64,000 bases of DNA, from the NCBI GenBank assembly GCA_965644295.1, contig CBFFRP010000178.1:37218-101217 (forward strand), in the 5' to 3' direction. The translations under genes and the position numbers were made by a program. This document shows positions 25,882 through 38,889 of the stretch, in pieces. The stretch comes from Paraphysomonas bandaiensis. Taxonomy: Eukaryota > Protista > Chrysophyceae. The notes beneath the pieces are model-generated. The model made no database searches, was not told the origin of the DNA, and worked only from the letters and a program-made list of their open reading frames with translations. The stretch's first letter is position 1, and every line of letters starts with the position of its first letter.

Positions 25882-27828
25882 TTAAAACCATGTGCTTTGG
25901 GTCTGTGAGGTTTTCAATGTATTACGACGAGGCGGCGCATGACCTTTCTGCATCATGGCGATGCGAGTCAATGAGTGCGATATCGCTTCAAATGATGGTC
26001 GCTGTGTATGATCCTCATGCCAGCACGATTCAATTAAATTTGCAAAATCTTTATTCCAACTTCTGTCAATCTTGGGACGTAAGCCTTTTTGAACCACACG
26101 TGACATGAACTCTTCCCTGCTCAATCCCTTGTAGGGAGCTTTATCTCGCGCCATTTGCCATAACAGAATACCGAAGGAATACACATCTATTTTTTCGTTG
26201 TATGGCTGTTTCAAAGCAACTTCAGGTGCCATGTATCTACAATTAAAGAAACATTAAGAGTATAGATGTGATCTAAATCAACAATACAGGTCGATATCAG
26301 CATGATTTTATTTCCACACAAGACGTTAAACAAGATATGCACCACATATGATAGAAAGTGCAGTGCTTTATTCAATGACTGTGCACTTGTCACACTATAC
26401 GTACCGCAGACTTCCTGTATTGCCAGTCATTTCATAGCATTCATCGATACTCTCTCGTTTCTTCACACACGTACATAGTCCAAAATCTAATATCTTTATG
26501 GTTCCGTCACTTGTAAACCCCACATTATCTGGCTTAATATCGCGATGAATTACAGTTGCATCTTTGTGCACACTGTTGTGCAAATAATGAAATGCATCGG
26601 CCATATCTCGCCCCATACTTAATAAGGCAGAAAAGGTGAAAGTGTTCTTCTTAAAGAGCTTGTGGGCGATTCCTCCTTTCTTCTTTTCATTGATATGTAA
26701 TACTTCACTCAAAGAACCTCCGTCCAAATACTCCAACACTATGAACCTTCTAGGCTGACGCCCTGCTCCTAGTAACCGGACTACATTAGGGTGATTCATT
26801 CTAGCCAACATGCCATGTTCTACATCGAACTCGTGAACAGCTGTGCGATTAGTGCGTGCTCGCTCAGATATTATTTTTACAATAACCTGTTGACCTTGGA
26901 ATCTTGCAGTGTAAACATTACTATTGCTGCCATCAGCAAGGTGCCGCAAATCTTGAAAATTATCAAACGTTAAATCATCAGGGATTACTTCCACAGCAGG
27001 TATTCTGGCTACAGGAAATGAATATATATCCACTGGTTCCCAAGTCGGTGGTAGCCCCACCTGTCCACTATCTTGTCTTACAGGAAGCCCTGGTATCACT
27101 TGACTGACACTTTCATGAGTCGACCAGCAACCCATTTCAATTACACTACTACCACTCTGACTCATCTCGGCCATATCAAGCGATGAACCATAAGCAACAA
27201 GTGACCTTGGCTTATATGATACACGGTCAAGCTCGGAATCATCCGTTTCGGGATCTTGAAAATTGCGGGAAGCTATTAATGCCGCTTCGCATATGTACGA
27301 CATGTACTTGATTTTAACGGATGAGAACACCACCTCGGAGCGAGTGTAGCATACCACAAAGTGCTGCCGATCCATATCATCAGTGATGGGATGGGCAACC
27401 TCGGTCGTTACGGGTAGAGTCACTTCTTCCTTCGCCTTCTGCCGGGGAATGAACAAGTGACGATGGCTTACAGAAGCCCATATGTATCCTATTTCGGACT
27501 TTCTTGCTTCATCACATAGCTATGAAACACTATTAGCATACAGGTGATATATACCATCACATATGTGTGTATAGTTGTATGTATATACATGTGTACGTAT
27601 ATATATGTAACGACATCTCACCTTCAGAGAGTTTCTTTTCCAACTATCTGATGCCGCGGGGGTAAAAACACTATCCCCCCCACATATTCTCTTCAACACT
27701 TGCTTCACAGACTCTGAGAAATGAACATGCTGACATTGAAGTTCATTCTTATCATCTGGAGACCAAAATTCTATTACATCAAAACCAAGCACTGAATCTA
27801 GTATCGAAAGTGTCAAGGACGTAGCCAT
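25882..27828 (-). CDS. TKL-family protein kinase with a possible N-terminal GAF-like region, 3 exons
   Basis: HRDIKPDN, DFG, TGNTGSLRY|MAPE across an intron, DVYSFG, CW...RPSF. Introns at about 27622-27520 and 26404-26237. Confidence 0.88.
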
Positions 27829-28813
27829 AAGCAAAATTCACACTTGGGAAATTTCCCAAAGTATGTTATCAATTACAACAAGAGTTATGAATGCTATCGT
27901 GTCTTCATTGTCTAGATATAAGCACTTTGCATATGTATATATATGCATTTGTAATGCATTCTCTGGGTTTCATACCATAAAATGAAAATACAGTTTCATC
28001 AAACTGATTTCATCCAATCATTATATAATTGAGATATATGATTTGATAAAAATGGCAATTGCAATTTTATATGTACGAACATAGAGTATATAGATACGAT
28101 CTATGTACTCTGTATTACATACGTCTCTGGACAAGTAAAAAATCTGCACTTTTTCTGGTCTAAAAAATTAGGTATAGTGTGAGAAATCCATACTTTTAGG
28201 CCAAAATGAGATAATTTCTACGAAATCCTCACTTCTAATATTGACTTTGTATTATATCTATATATGTAATGGTAATAACTCATATTATTAACACAGAATT
28301 GACTTGTTGATCATGACATAAATACCTATCTTTAAATATTTCATACGACTTGCATGATTCTATCCATACATACATTTCGACCTTGGCGTTATCCATCAAT
28401 TGCACAGATCTAATATCTACAGTACCTGTGTACAGATAGTACTATGAAAGTGTTATACATTGTATATATCATAATACAGTTCCATGGCGAACCAATCATA
28501 AACATCTAATTACTATTGATTCGATATTAAATAAGAATAAATGTTCCAAATTTCGATTCGAAAGTATTCAACAAATCAGAGTTTAAGAAATCATATTGAT
28601 TCGATCATATGTCCTATACATTTGATGGCTGAGATAAGCCTCCTACATACATACATACATATATGTACATACATATACATACATACATACATATATATAT
28701 ACACACATATATTCACAGTACCATTAAGTCACAGTATATACATACATCACTACATTCTATCATTAAAATAACATCAATCTTATATATTTTTATATAAAAA
28801 TTCAATTTAAATT

Positions 28814-29113
28814 ATGGCACAATTTTTTATGAAAGTGATTGATTGGGTTGCTAATGAATTGATTGTAAAGCATTTAGCTAATAACAGATCATTTCAACGA
28901 TTTGCATTAAAAACTGATACAATTATTCAAGAAAACAGTAAGAAAGCATCAGCTCTTGGTGAAGAAGCTATAAAGAAAGTTTCTCAGAAAGGAGAATCGT
29001 TTCTTAAGGAAGCCTCAACTGCTCCTCAATCGAATGAATTTTCATCAATTCATAGATTCGCGAAAGCATTTACTGATGAGGTGAAGAAAGATATTGGAAA
29101 GATGAGTAAATAG
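28814..29113 (+). CDS. Small conserved protein (NCBP2-AS2/Mrx7-like)
   Basis: VIDWVANELIVKHLANNRSFQRFALKT resembles the plant/algal NE.IV..LAN...FQRFA..T family (from memory). Confidence 0.65.
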   Translation: MAQFFMKVIDWVANELIVKHLANNRSFQRFALKTDTIIQENSKKASALGEEAIKKVSQKGESFLKEASTAPQSNEFSSIHRFAKAFTDEVKKDIGKMSK

Positions 29114-30259
29114 TAAAGGTTTAGAATAGTATTTTATGATATACCCCAAAGAAATTTGATATTTTCTATAACTGTATATGAATATAACCAATGTATGTTA
29201 CCTCCAGCAATGCATCTTGAAGTGCTTTTGTTGAATAGCATCGTATAGCGTATAGTAAGCACTGTTTCTGATTCCTGCTAGTGTTAGTTCCAGATAATGT
29301 CGAGAAATGTATAGTACAGCACTAAATAAACTATTATACACTTGTAGGCTACTTTAAGGCATACGCACTGATCTCTGTAGGAGTTGTTGTTGTCATATTC
29401 CAGAGAATTTGGTATCGCTACCAAGAGGTATCATATTGCTAGAAAAAAGTTTTTACGATACAGCTGGCTGCTACGCACATTTGTACTCTTACAGCTAAAA
29501 AGTAGTCATCGTGAAGGAGTGTCCGAGTATACTACACGGAACATCAAGTTCTACGAGCCAACGTATTGTTATTGGCAATATATAATATATATATCATATT
29601 GTGCATTGTATTATGGATTGTTGAAGCGAATATGAAGGTGTTGCAATGCTATTGATGAAAGATTCTATAACATTTTGACAATATATTGTACACATTTTAT
29701 ATTACGTACTCTGGTCAATGAATACAAATTAGTTTACTTGACACTTCAAAAGAACTGAGATTGCAATAAGGATCTAACCGTTGCTTAGTCTAGTTAACTC
29801 TAGCACTATTTTAGGGCAGGTTCTCGGATATGGGAAGAATGTATACTACATGCATGTAACAGTATACTACCGGCCCTATTAGATATTTATATTTTTGTCA
29901 TTGCTAGTTATTCAATTAGATAATAAGAAATACATCTCAACCTATTTACAAATGAAAACAGCTGTTAATTAAAGATAGAAGATTAATTCTTGTTGCATAT
30001 ATGTTACTTAGAATTAACAGGTAAGAGGTACTTGATACAAACGTTGTACATTAAATACTATAATAGGTTATATAAGTATTGATAAGATTTGCGCCCAACA
30101 ATGGGCTTTAAAATAAGACATATACAGTGCAATGATAAACATATCACAGATTAATAGTACAAAAAAAAGCATATGTCGAGAGTATGTAAATACTCAAGTG
30201 GCAAAAAAGTCATATGTATACACAAGAAAAATTAGTCCAGAGAAGCACTACACCATACT

Positions 30260-31141
30260 TCAATAAAATCCATCCACGTCATCCTTATCGCCTTCATTCG
30301 ACACAGGTCCTAAATCCGTGCGATAGGTGATAGTACGCTCGGTCATATCATCAAAAGATACAGTGGACGTAGAAGTAGACATGGTTGTCGAGATATTTTT
30401 AGAAAACTTATCGCTTCTCACTCTTTTCAGAATTTTGGAACGATATTCTCGCCTCTCAACAATGCTCACGATTAAATCGAATGACTCTCTGCACATAATT
30501 CGATAGTAGAGAAAAAAACACAATGTCATCAATATGTCGAATCTCTCCTGTGGTGCGGCAGAGAGAATACTCATTGCTTGGTCTGCGGAAAAGTCTCGAC
30601 CACCTAGTTCAATGTCACAGTCATCATCCCAAGTTTCGTTGAGCTCTTTGTACCCTTTTCGAAATATAGTGCTCATAATAAGGGGCATATCGGACTCATT
30701 TACAGCGTGATCAGTAATACACGTTTGCAAAGATTCAAAGGCATATATCATCGCTCGTTGAATAGGTTTTCCTTGACTTGTACTAAACTTTAATGTAATG
30801 ACATCATAAGTATCATTACAAAACATATTAGAGTTTAGTTTTAAATATAAATGACGTGATGAACCCTTCCATCCTGGAATACTGCTATACGGTATGTATG
30901 CAATAGGTTGTTGTAATCTTGTAAGAATATCAACTGATTCACATGATATTCGAAGTATGATATGTTTTGGCCAATGTTGTAAATATTTTGGTATGTTATC
31001 TTTAATTAATATCACATCAAATGATTTGGTGATATCGTATCTGTTATTAGCTGAAAATTGAAACTTTTGTGGGGTAGAAGAGGATCTTGTGGGTGTGATA
31101 GTGCTATTGACCATCATAGTAGTTGATGTACAATTTCCCAT
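30260..31141 (-). CDS. Intronless hypothetical protein: acylation motif, PH-like domain and DUF4476-like helical domain
   Basis: MGNC N-terminus; IILRISCESVDIL...IPGW...LKFSTSQGK (PH-like); FSADQAMSIL...LYYRIM..ESF (DUF4476-like). Confidence 0.6.
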   Translation of the reverse strand: MGNCTSTTMMVNSTITPTRSSSTPQKFQFSANNRYDITKSFDVILIKDNIPKYLQHWPKHIILRISCESVDILTRLQQPIAYIPYSSIPGWKGSSRHLYLKLNSNMFCNDTYDVITLKFSTSQGKPIQRAMIYAFESLQTCITDHAVNESDMPLIMSTIFRKGYKELNETWDDDCDIELGGRDFSADQAMSILSAAPQERFDILMTLCFFLYYRIMCRESFDLIVSIVERREYRSKILKRVRSDKFSKNISTTMSTSTSTVSFDDMTERTITYRTDLGPVSNEGDKDDVDGFY

Positions 31142-31465
31142 GATTATATAATGAATATATATATATATAATCGCTAATTATGAAAGATTTCATCTAATGT
31201 TGATAGTATAAGAGACATACGCATGTATTGAACTCAGCTTATGACAACTTCATCTTCGTACTACTCGTTGAACACCAATCATGTCCAAGGAATATCCATC
31301 TATATAGATATTAGATATGAAAAAATACGTACATGATGAAGTGAATGACGATATTAGCAAATAGGGATGGGAAGATACTACAATCTTAGAATATACGTAT
31401 ATAAAATTAAAGAATAAGAGAAAATATGTGGTTTATTGAATTAATTGTTTGATATAAAATTTCGT

Positions 31466-31772
31466 GTTTATTTTCTAAATCCCTATTTTTCAAGTCTGAA
31501 TGGTAAAAAATAGGCTACTTCGACATAGAAAGTAGGGTTTCAATGCATGTATTTCAGAAAATCTGTATTTTTCTGATGAAATTTGAAATCTCTCTTTGGG
31601 ATACAGTGTACTGCAAAAAATCTTAGATAAGAAAGCCACAAAATCTAAGGTTTTTGGTAGTATCCTCTGTAGTCCATCAACGCCATATGCATGGAAACCC
31701 TACTTTCTATGTCAAAGTAGCCTATTTTTTACTGTTCAGACTTGAAAAATAGGGAGGATTTTGAAAATAAAC
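31466..31772. mobile_element. MITE-like element with about 70-85-bp terminal inverted repeats
   Basis: CCCTATTTTTCAAGTCTGAA...TAGGCTACTTCGACATAGAAAGTAGGGTTTC (from 31481) mirrors GAAACCCTACTTTCTATGTCAAAGTAGCCTA...TTCAGACTTGAAAAATAGGG (to 31754). Confidence 0.8.
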
Positions 31773-31995
31773 CAATAGTTTTTATGAACCGTTAGTATTA
31801 TAGTTAGTTGTATGATATTCTCTGTACTCCTCTGTTGGTACTGTACACTGGTATATCTAGACATAGAGTCACTGTAATGTTACCACCATACACACACTTA
31901 GCAACAATTATATCAACTAACATTGATTATAATTAACAATCCTTTATACCTAAAGGAAACTTTATTAAATCTTATTAAATAAATCATTTATCACA

Positions 31996-33220
31996 ATGAA
32001 AAACAAGATGTTTATTACTATAATATGGTATATACTATTCCATACAGTACACTCCTATGAATCACTATATAATAATATGATAATAAATATTAAATCAAAT
32101 ATTGAAATGAGAGATACAGAACGTCCAGTTATATACATGTTATCACATACATTAACAGATCTATTAATTCCTCATATACAACAAGCTCTTCATATACAAC
32201 ATACTGATATGATGTGTTATAATATAGCAGATGTTCAACCCTCTCATGTCATACAAGAATTTGCAACTACAAGAAGTTATGGATCGATTATTGTTTTTAC
32301 TGGTATTGAATCGTTAACTGGAACTGATATATCGAAACTTAATTTCTTACATTCGGTCACTGATTCCAATGCATTATATGCTAATTTAGTTGTTATATTA
32401 GCATGGGACACACACATTCAGCCAATCTCAGAAGATGAATCGACTTCAAATTATATATTGGATTTCTTTGGGAAAGGAGGCAGGAACATGAATCCAAGTG
32501 CATTATATGGTCGATTATCTATGGTGAAGTTGGCTGATGTGGATACGAGAAAAGCTGGTATTGATGTTTGTATGTATCCTGGTAGTTATGGTGGCCGCGA
32601 AAACGAGCCAATAGATATAACATTCATATTTTGCATTGCACTAGCTGTAGTGATTGGATTTTATATATATACGACGACGGGTGTGAAGAAGGCAGAGCAG
32701 ATATGTCACAGTGAAAGGAGGATCAGTGAAACGGAGCATACAACACAAAATGACTATGGCACCAGTACAGCAGAGCATTCAACGGAAAATGTCTATGACT
32801 CCGGTACAGCAGAGCATTCAACGGAAAATGTCTATGACTCCGGTACTGCGGAGTATACAACGGAAAATGTCTGTGCTGAAAGAGATGATACATTAGACGC
32901 TCCTAAAGATATCAAAGAGCCAGACATTATTGATATATCAAATAAGTATACTACTTCCTCTCAGACTACTACACCCAGAAGGTACGTCAATGCTCTAATA
33001 TATATGATATTGTAAGATGTGTGGTATGAAGTATATAAGTTGCCTAGATCATGCAGTCTCAGATATATGCGTAATAAAGCGAATGACTTATTTTTGTGAG
33101 CTCCACTTATATATATGAATATACTATATACAGCTGATGTCCAGAAAATATAAAGCTAATTAGTAATTTGAATGTAGGTCCAATCGGGTGAGGAAGAAGA
33201 AAGAGAAAATGACGTTATAG
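31996..33220 (+). CDS. Type I membrane protein with a LAP1/LULL1-like luminal domain, 13-aa repeats and a basic C-terminus (2 exons)
   Basis: Signal peptide; single TM segment ITFIFCIALAVVIGFYIY. An intron at about 32982-33177 joins TTPR to RSNRVRKKKEKMTL*. Confidence 0.65.
32728..32875 (+). repeat. Coding 39-bp tandem repeat (TAEHSTENVYDSG), about 3.5 copies
   Basis: ACAGCAGAGCATTCAACGGAAAATGTCTATGACTCCGGT is repeated. Confidence 0.9.
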
Positions 33221-33976
33221 TCAACAACGTATTTCAGGGTAATAATGGGTGGCACTTTTACAAGTTTGTTATAGGATTGTCGTGTTCAATAGATGATTAG
33301 TCGATATAGCTCTATAGCTCCGATTTAAAGAATCGTGGAAATCATTAAAACTTATTTCAGCTTATTATTATTGCATTGTCCTCTATTTTTAGTTCATAGC
33401 ACTAAACAACCTGACAACCCTATTACTTGCGGGGTGTACATGACCAATATATTATGATCCGCAATGAGACTGTGTCTGACTTGCACTCTGCTTTCGCATC
33501 GGTGCATGCCTCACATATTAGGTTAGAAAACCTGTCGACCAGGCTTACAATGCCTGTAATTGGATACCTCTCACCAATTAAATGCTACGTAATGCTGCTG
33601 TTGACTATCATCCGTTGAAGCCAAGAGATACGAAAAGTGAAGAATATACGTAAAAAATAAATATCTGCAAATGTGTATGTAGTAAGTAGTGAAAGCACAA
33701 GGTCTAAACTTAACATATCCAATATAAAGATATATATGTTGCAGAAAGTTTCGGTAGCACATGTTGTGGGACTAAGTGCTCATTATCAGCCACTAGAAAT
33801 ATTAACAAGAATTCATGTGTTGTAGAACACAGATTATCCTTACACCACTGACAGTATAATATCACATTCACTAATACCGAACACTTTGCGGTTCTGTTCA
33901 TTTAATCAAAACTAAATGGTCAAAGTACAGACAAATACACAACACAACATATTAAGATTCAACGCAAACATAACTA

Positions 33977-34522
33977 CTACCCTGTACGCAGTGCAGATAA
34001 ATTGGGTCTATATCTGCCACTCTGATCTGTTAATAGCATTTCATTTACCACTGTCAACATCTGGGTTGCCTGGCCTGGGAGTTCGCTGTCGCTTTCTTGT
34101 GCATAGGGTTCATGTCCGTTTCCGTAAAGCTCAAGCAGCGTAGGATCGAGAGTGTCTAACCACTGTCGTTGCCAGGAAAATTCGTATAGACTCGAATCAA
34201 TTATGCATTTAAAGTCTGACATCAACCAACCATCGGTTCCATTGGTGTAAAGGAGGATGTGTGTTAATTTACCGATGACTTTATCAAGAGGAATACGCAC
34301 AACTTCTTGAGACCCATCCTCGAATGAACCGATACTGTATGGTCCAGATGATGCAAAATCACCCGTAAATAGAGCATAAATTGTGTCTTGAGTGCCTGCA
34401 TAACTTGCCCATGATGTTTTAATACGTAAAGTAGCTGTAGGAATGGGACTTAGTGTTGGGAAATCACTGCAGTGTGATACTACTAGAATAATAAAGATAT
34501 ATAAACAACAGAGATATGACAT
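33977..34522 (-). CDS. Secreted PLAT/LH2-domain protein
   Basis: Signal peptide; IKTS...AGTQDTIYALFTG, FEDGSQE, IGKLTHILL and DGW match the PLAT consensus. Confidence 0.8.
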   Translation of the reverse strand: MSYLCCLYIFIILVVSHCSDFPTLSPIPTATLRIKTSWASYAGTQDTIYALFTGDFASSGPYSIGSFEDGSQEVVRIPLDKVIGKLTHILLYTNGTDGWLMSDFKCIIDSSLYEFSWQRQWLDTLDPTLLELYGNGHEPYAQESDSELPGQATQMLTVVNEMLLTDQSGRYRPNLSALRTG

Positions 34523-34766
34523 AAGAGGTCTTACTATGAAGAGAATGTGATAATAGAGACTGCTATGACTTATAGATATGTGGTTAATGTTGCATCAAAA
34601 ACATATAGTTCATTGAGGTAGAGTGTGCAACGGTGACTCTGATATGTTGTTAATGTTACAACCACTTTGTTTATAAGTTATGTGTGTACAGAAAGTCATA
34701 CTATAGTCATATACACGACGCCAGTTACGGTTACTTTCCGTTGAATACTTTTCAGTTTTCAGAGGC

Positions 34767-35084
34767 TGTATGTATGTATGTATGTATGTATGTATGTATG
34801 TATGTATGTATGTATGTATGTATGTATGTATGTATGTATGTATGTATGTATGTATGTATGTATGTATGTATGTATGTATGTATGTATGTATGTATGTATG
34901 TATGTATGTATGTATGTATGTATGTATGTATGTATGTATGTATGTATGTATGTATGTATGTATGTATGTATGTATGTATGTATGTATGTATGTATGTATG
35001 TATGTATGTATGTATGTATGTATGTATGTATGTATGTATGTATGTATGTATGTATGTATGTATGTATGTATGTATGTATGTATG

Positions 35085-35115
<31 letters not shown>

Positions 35116-35452
35116 GTATGTATGTATGTATGTATGTATGTATGTATGTATGTATGTATGTATGTATGTTTGTTTGTATGTATGTATGTTTGTATGTATG
35201 TATGTATGTATGTATGTATGTTAGTATGTATGTATGTATGTATGTATGTATGTATGTATGTATGTATGTATGTATGTATGTATGTATGTATGTATGTATG
35301 TATGTATGTATGTATGTATGTATGTACGTATGTATGTATGTATGTATGTATGTATGTATGTATGTACGTATGTATGTATGTATGTATGTATGTATGTATG
35401 TACGTATGTATGTATGTATGTATGTATGTATGTATGTATGTATGTATGTATG

Positions 35453-35483
<31 letters not shown>

Positions 35484-35686
35484 GTATGTATGTATGTATG
35501 TATGTATGTATGTATGTATGTATGTATGTATGTATGTATGTATGTATGTATGTATGTATGTATGTATGTATGTATGTATGTATGTATGTATGTATGTATG
35601 TATGTATGTATGTATGTATGTATGTATGTATGTATGTATGTATGTATGTATGTATGTATGTATGTATGTATGTATGTATGTATGTA
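34767..35686. repeat. (TATG)n microsatellite, about 0.9 kb
   Basis: Directly visible, with few interruptions. Confidence 0.99.
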
Positions 35687-35821
35687 TATGTGTATCTGCG
35701 TGTCCATTGATATCATGTTATGGTCCATATGAAACTCTCTCTTCTCATCACATCTAACAGTATATATATATATATATATATAACACCACTATCAAACATT
35801 AACTTCACAAACAATTCTATC

Positions 35822-38800
35822 ATGTTTACAAGACACATACATCGAATCTATCCATCATATATCAATACACACATCAGATCATATCAAACTCTCCATACTG
35901 GATGGAGGAAACGTAAAGTTGTATTAGTAATCGGCTATATGGGTACACACTATAAAGGATTACAGTACACTCCTTTACCCAACATACCCACTATAGAGAA
36001 TGAACTACAAATAGCTTTATATAAAATTGGATGTATATCAGAATCAAACTTTAAGCACTTAGGTATGTATATGGCTGCATATTCGTATGTATGTATATGT
36101 ATGTATGTGTATATGTCTACCTGAGAGTGTTTATATGTATATATATCTATGTGTATATAAATATATATGTGTATTATAGAGTAAAATTATAAACAATTAG
36201 GTAAAATTGGATGGTCAAGAAGCTCACGTACAGATAAAGGAGTTCATGCCGCTCGATTAGTTATATCAGCAAAATTATTAGTACCACAAGTTACTGATAA
36301 TTTTGATGACTTACTAAAAAAGCTAAATGAAAGTCTACCAAATGACATCCGTGTTTTTTCCTGTATTCGTGTTAATAAGGGGTTTTCTGCACGTAAAGCT
36401 TGTCATTGGAGGTATTTTATTTCCATGTCAGTAGTTCAGTGTGTGTGGATTGTTATGATAGATATGTATTGTCTATAGTCATGTGGTGTGTATTGTATAC
36501 ATGATATTCATATGTAGATTCTATATTTTAAAGTTATATACAGGGAATACGAGTACTTATTACCAACGAAATTAGTACTTAATGAATGGTCACTTATGTC
36601 ATCATTATCTGATGATGAGAGATGGTTACCTCACGCCCAATCTGAAGAGGAGTTTGTGGATAGAATGAATGAAGCTCTTAGATTAATGGAAGGATCCAAG
36701 AGGTTTATATCTATGTATATATGGGTATCTTCTGTATGGATAGTGATTGACCACGACGTACTTGTTGAGTGTATACGTAGTGCTATACATATGAGCTTGT
36801 ATATATAATAACTGTGTATATATAAACTGAACATATCTTATGTATATGTTGTTTGCAGTATGCACAATTTTCACCGTAGGAAACTCCGTAAGAAGTATCA
36901 TGAACCTGGACGTAGTACTCCGAGTAATGATTGTCAAGTACTTCACACGGATAATGATACTCAGAGTGACGTGGACGATAGCGGCCAAAGCGATATTGAC
37001 AATGAAAGTGATACCGAGGATGATGACTCAACCGAACTTATTCCTTCTCAAGAGAATATAAAGTTTTATTCTGATTGGATCCCTGAATTCAATCATAGTT
37101 TAAAACCACACCGAGATTCAAAGTCAATTCCATTAAGTTATCGACCACAGGCAGGAAGCATATATATAGCAGAAGCGTCGGTATTGCCGGTTAGAGAACG
37201 CTCTCCTTTTGCTGAAGAGCCAATGATTAGTATTAGGTTACGAGGGCAGAATTTTCTTTTACAGTAAGTACCTTCATGAATGCAGATCGTGTTTAAATCT
37301 GTCCTGCTCTACATCATGCATCGGATATGATATTCAGTGGTGTTTAGTTGACATTATTACAATTGCTATTATACGGGGGAAATTCCGCATGTTTCAATAG
37401 ATTATCTGTCACCGTTGCTATAGTGATACGCTTACCTACAATGCGCTCTTTATGATACCGTTTGTAGTGTATATAATTCGTGATATATAATAGAAAAAGC
37501 ACGAAAGTGCACGTCAATATAATGTGCTAATCTGAAGTATTTACAGCCAAATTCGCCTTATGGTATCAGCCGCAGTCTTGTATGCGCGGGGGATTATACC
37601 TCTAAGCTGCATTGAAGTGGCAATTGAGTCTCCCTTCAAAATGCACTTTCCTTTAGCCCCTTCACAAGGCCTTCTTTTAGTTACTGCGGGATTCAGCAGG
37701 AATGCTAACAAACAGGTATTACATGTATGTCACGTGTGATGTACAGCATTTTATTGGTAGATCTGTTGTTCATGCAGTCCGATTATTTGTATGTATTATG
37801 TGGCCATTATCGTCACTGTGTGGCAGTAGTGTATTGCTGTACTCCCAGTAGATAGCATGGAATACATGTAATTGTATTGTAGTATACGAAATAATGGGCT
37901 CTTACTACAGGATTACGCGTTGCGGGCTTCGGAAGCTGAGAGTGATGACATAGTAATGCTGTCACATGACGAGAACCGTGTCTGTGAAGAATATCAATTG
38001 GAGCACATATATGCCCGGGTGCTGTCGGATTGGAAGTCAGATGATATGTTTCAAGCTAGAAAGTGGTTTCTTCATTCGGATGATTACGTGGTTAGTCGCT
38101 CTATGGAGAAGACATGGAGAGATATTCTCAGTGATGTAAGGAATACGAGGAAGAAAGATATGGAAATGGAAATTAGTCGTAGAATTCATAGGTATGCAAT
38201 CTACAATTACGTCGTTTGTTATCTTGTTTGTGTATGTATGGCGAGACTTTTGGATTTGTATACTGCCGTGAATGTAATATTTCTAGTATTCAGTATGTGT
38301 TGTAATGTCGTTGCATTTTTCAGGACGCAACTTGCGCTGGAAAAGTATGAAAGCGTAAAGTCATCCGAGGAAGTAATCAAGAGTGGACGAAAGGTTCTTG
38401 GCCATAGAGATTTTTTACCGAATGGCATCGCCACCGAATTGGTAAGTTCGTGACTGTCGTTATACATTGTTCGTCTTTAATTGAAATTGCAGATAAAGAG
38501 GCATCGGCTTCTTCCTTCCGGTACGTGTACACTATACCACAGTTTGTATGTATTTTATAGTGCTATCGTACCGAAAGCTATCGTATATGTATGAAGTTGG
38601 TGTTTTCATAGTATATGTTCTATTAACTCTATGAATAGTAGATGAATATGTTACGTAGAAGCATAAGTACGGCGAATTTAGTGTAGATACGTATATACTG
38701 CTGGTATGTATGACTTGTTTTTTTGCAGGGACTGAAGTGATTGCAATTCTACGGTCTTTGGCATGCAAAATAGCATCTGGAGAAATTCCTTTAGAATATG

Positions 38801-38889
38801 ACGCTGTTCAATTAGCTGATTACGTAGATAATACTGGAGGTTATCAGCATTGGGTTCATAACGAGCCTAAATTAGAATGGATAGTGTAA
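35822..38889 (+). CDS. PUS1: tRNA pseudouridine synthase, TruA/Pus1 family (possible organellar transit peptide)
   Basis: KRKVVLVIGYMGTHYKGLQ, TIENEL, SRTDKGVHA, LPNDIRVF, REYEYLLP, HNF and GQNFLLHQIRLM-like motifs; last exon ends LEWIV*. Confidence 0.9.

Noticed and set aside
34610-35757. Long YIHT/MYVC ORFs (also at 52139-52572)
   Set aside because: These are translations of (TATG)n microsatellites.
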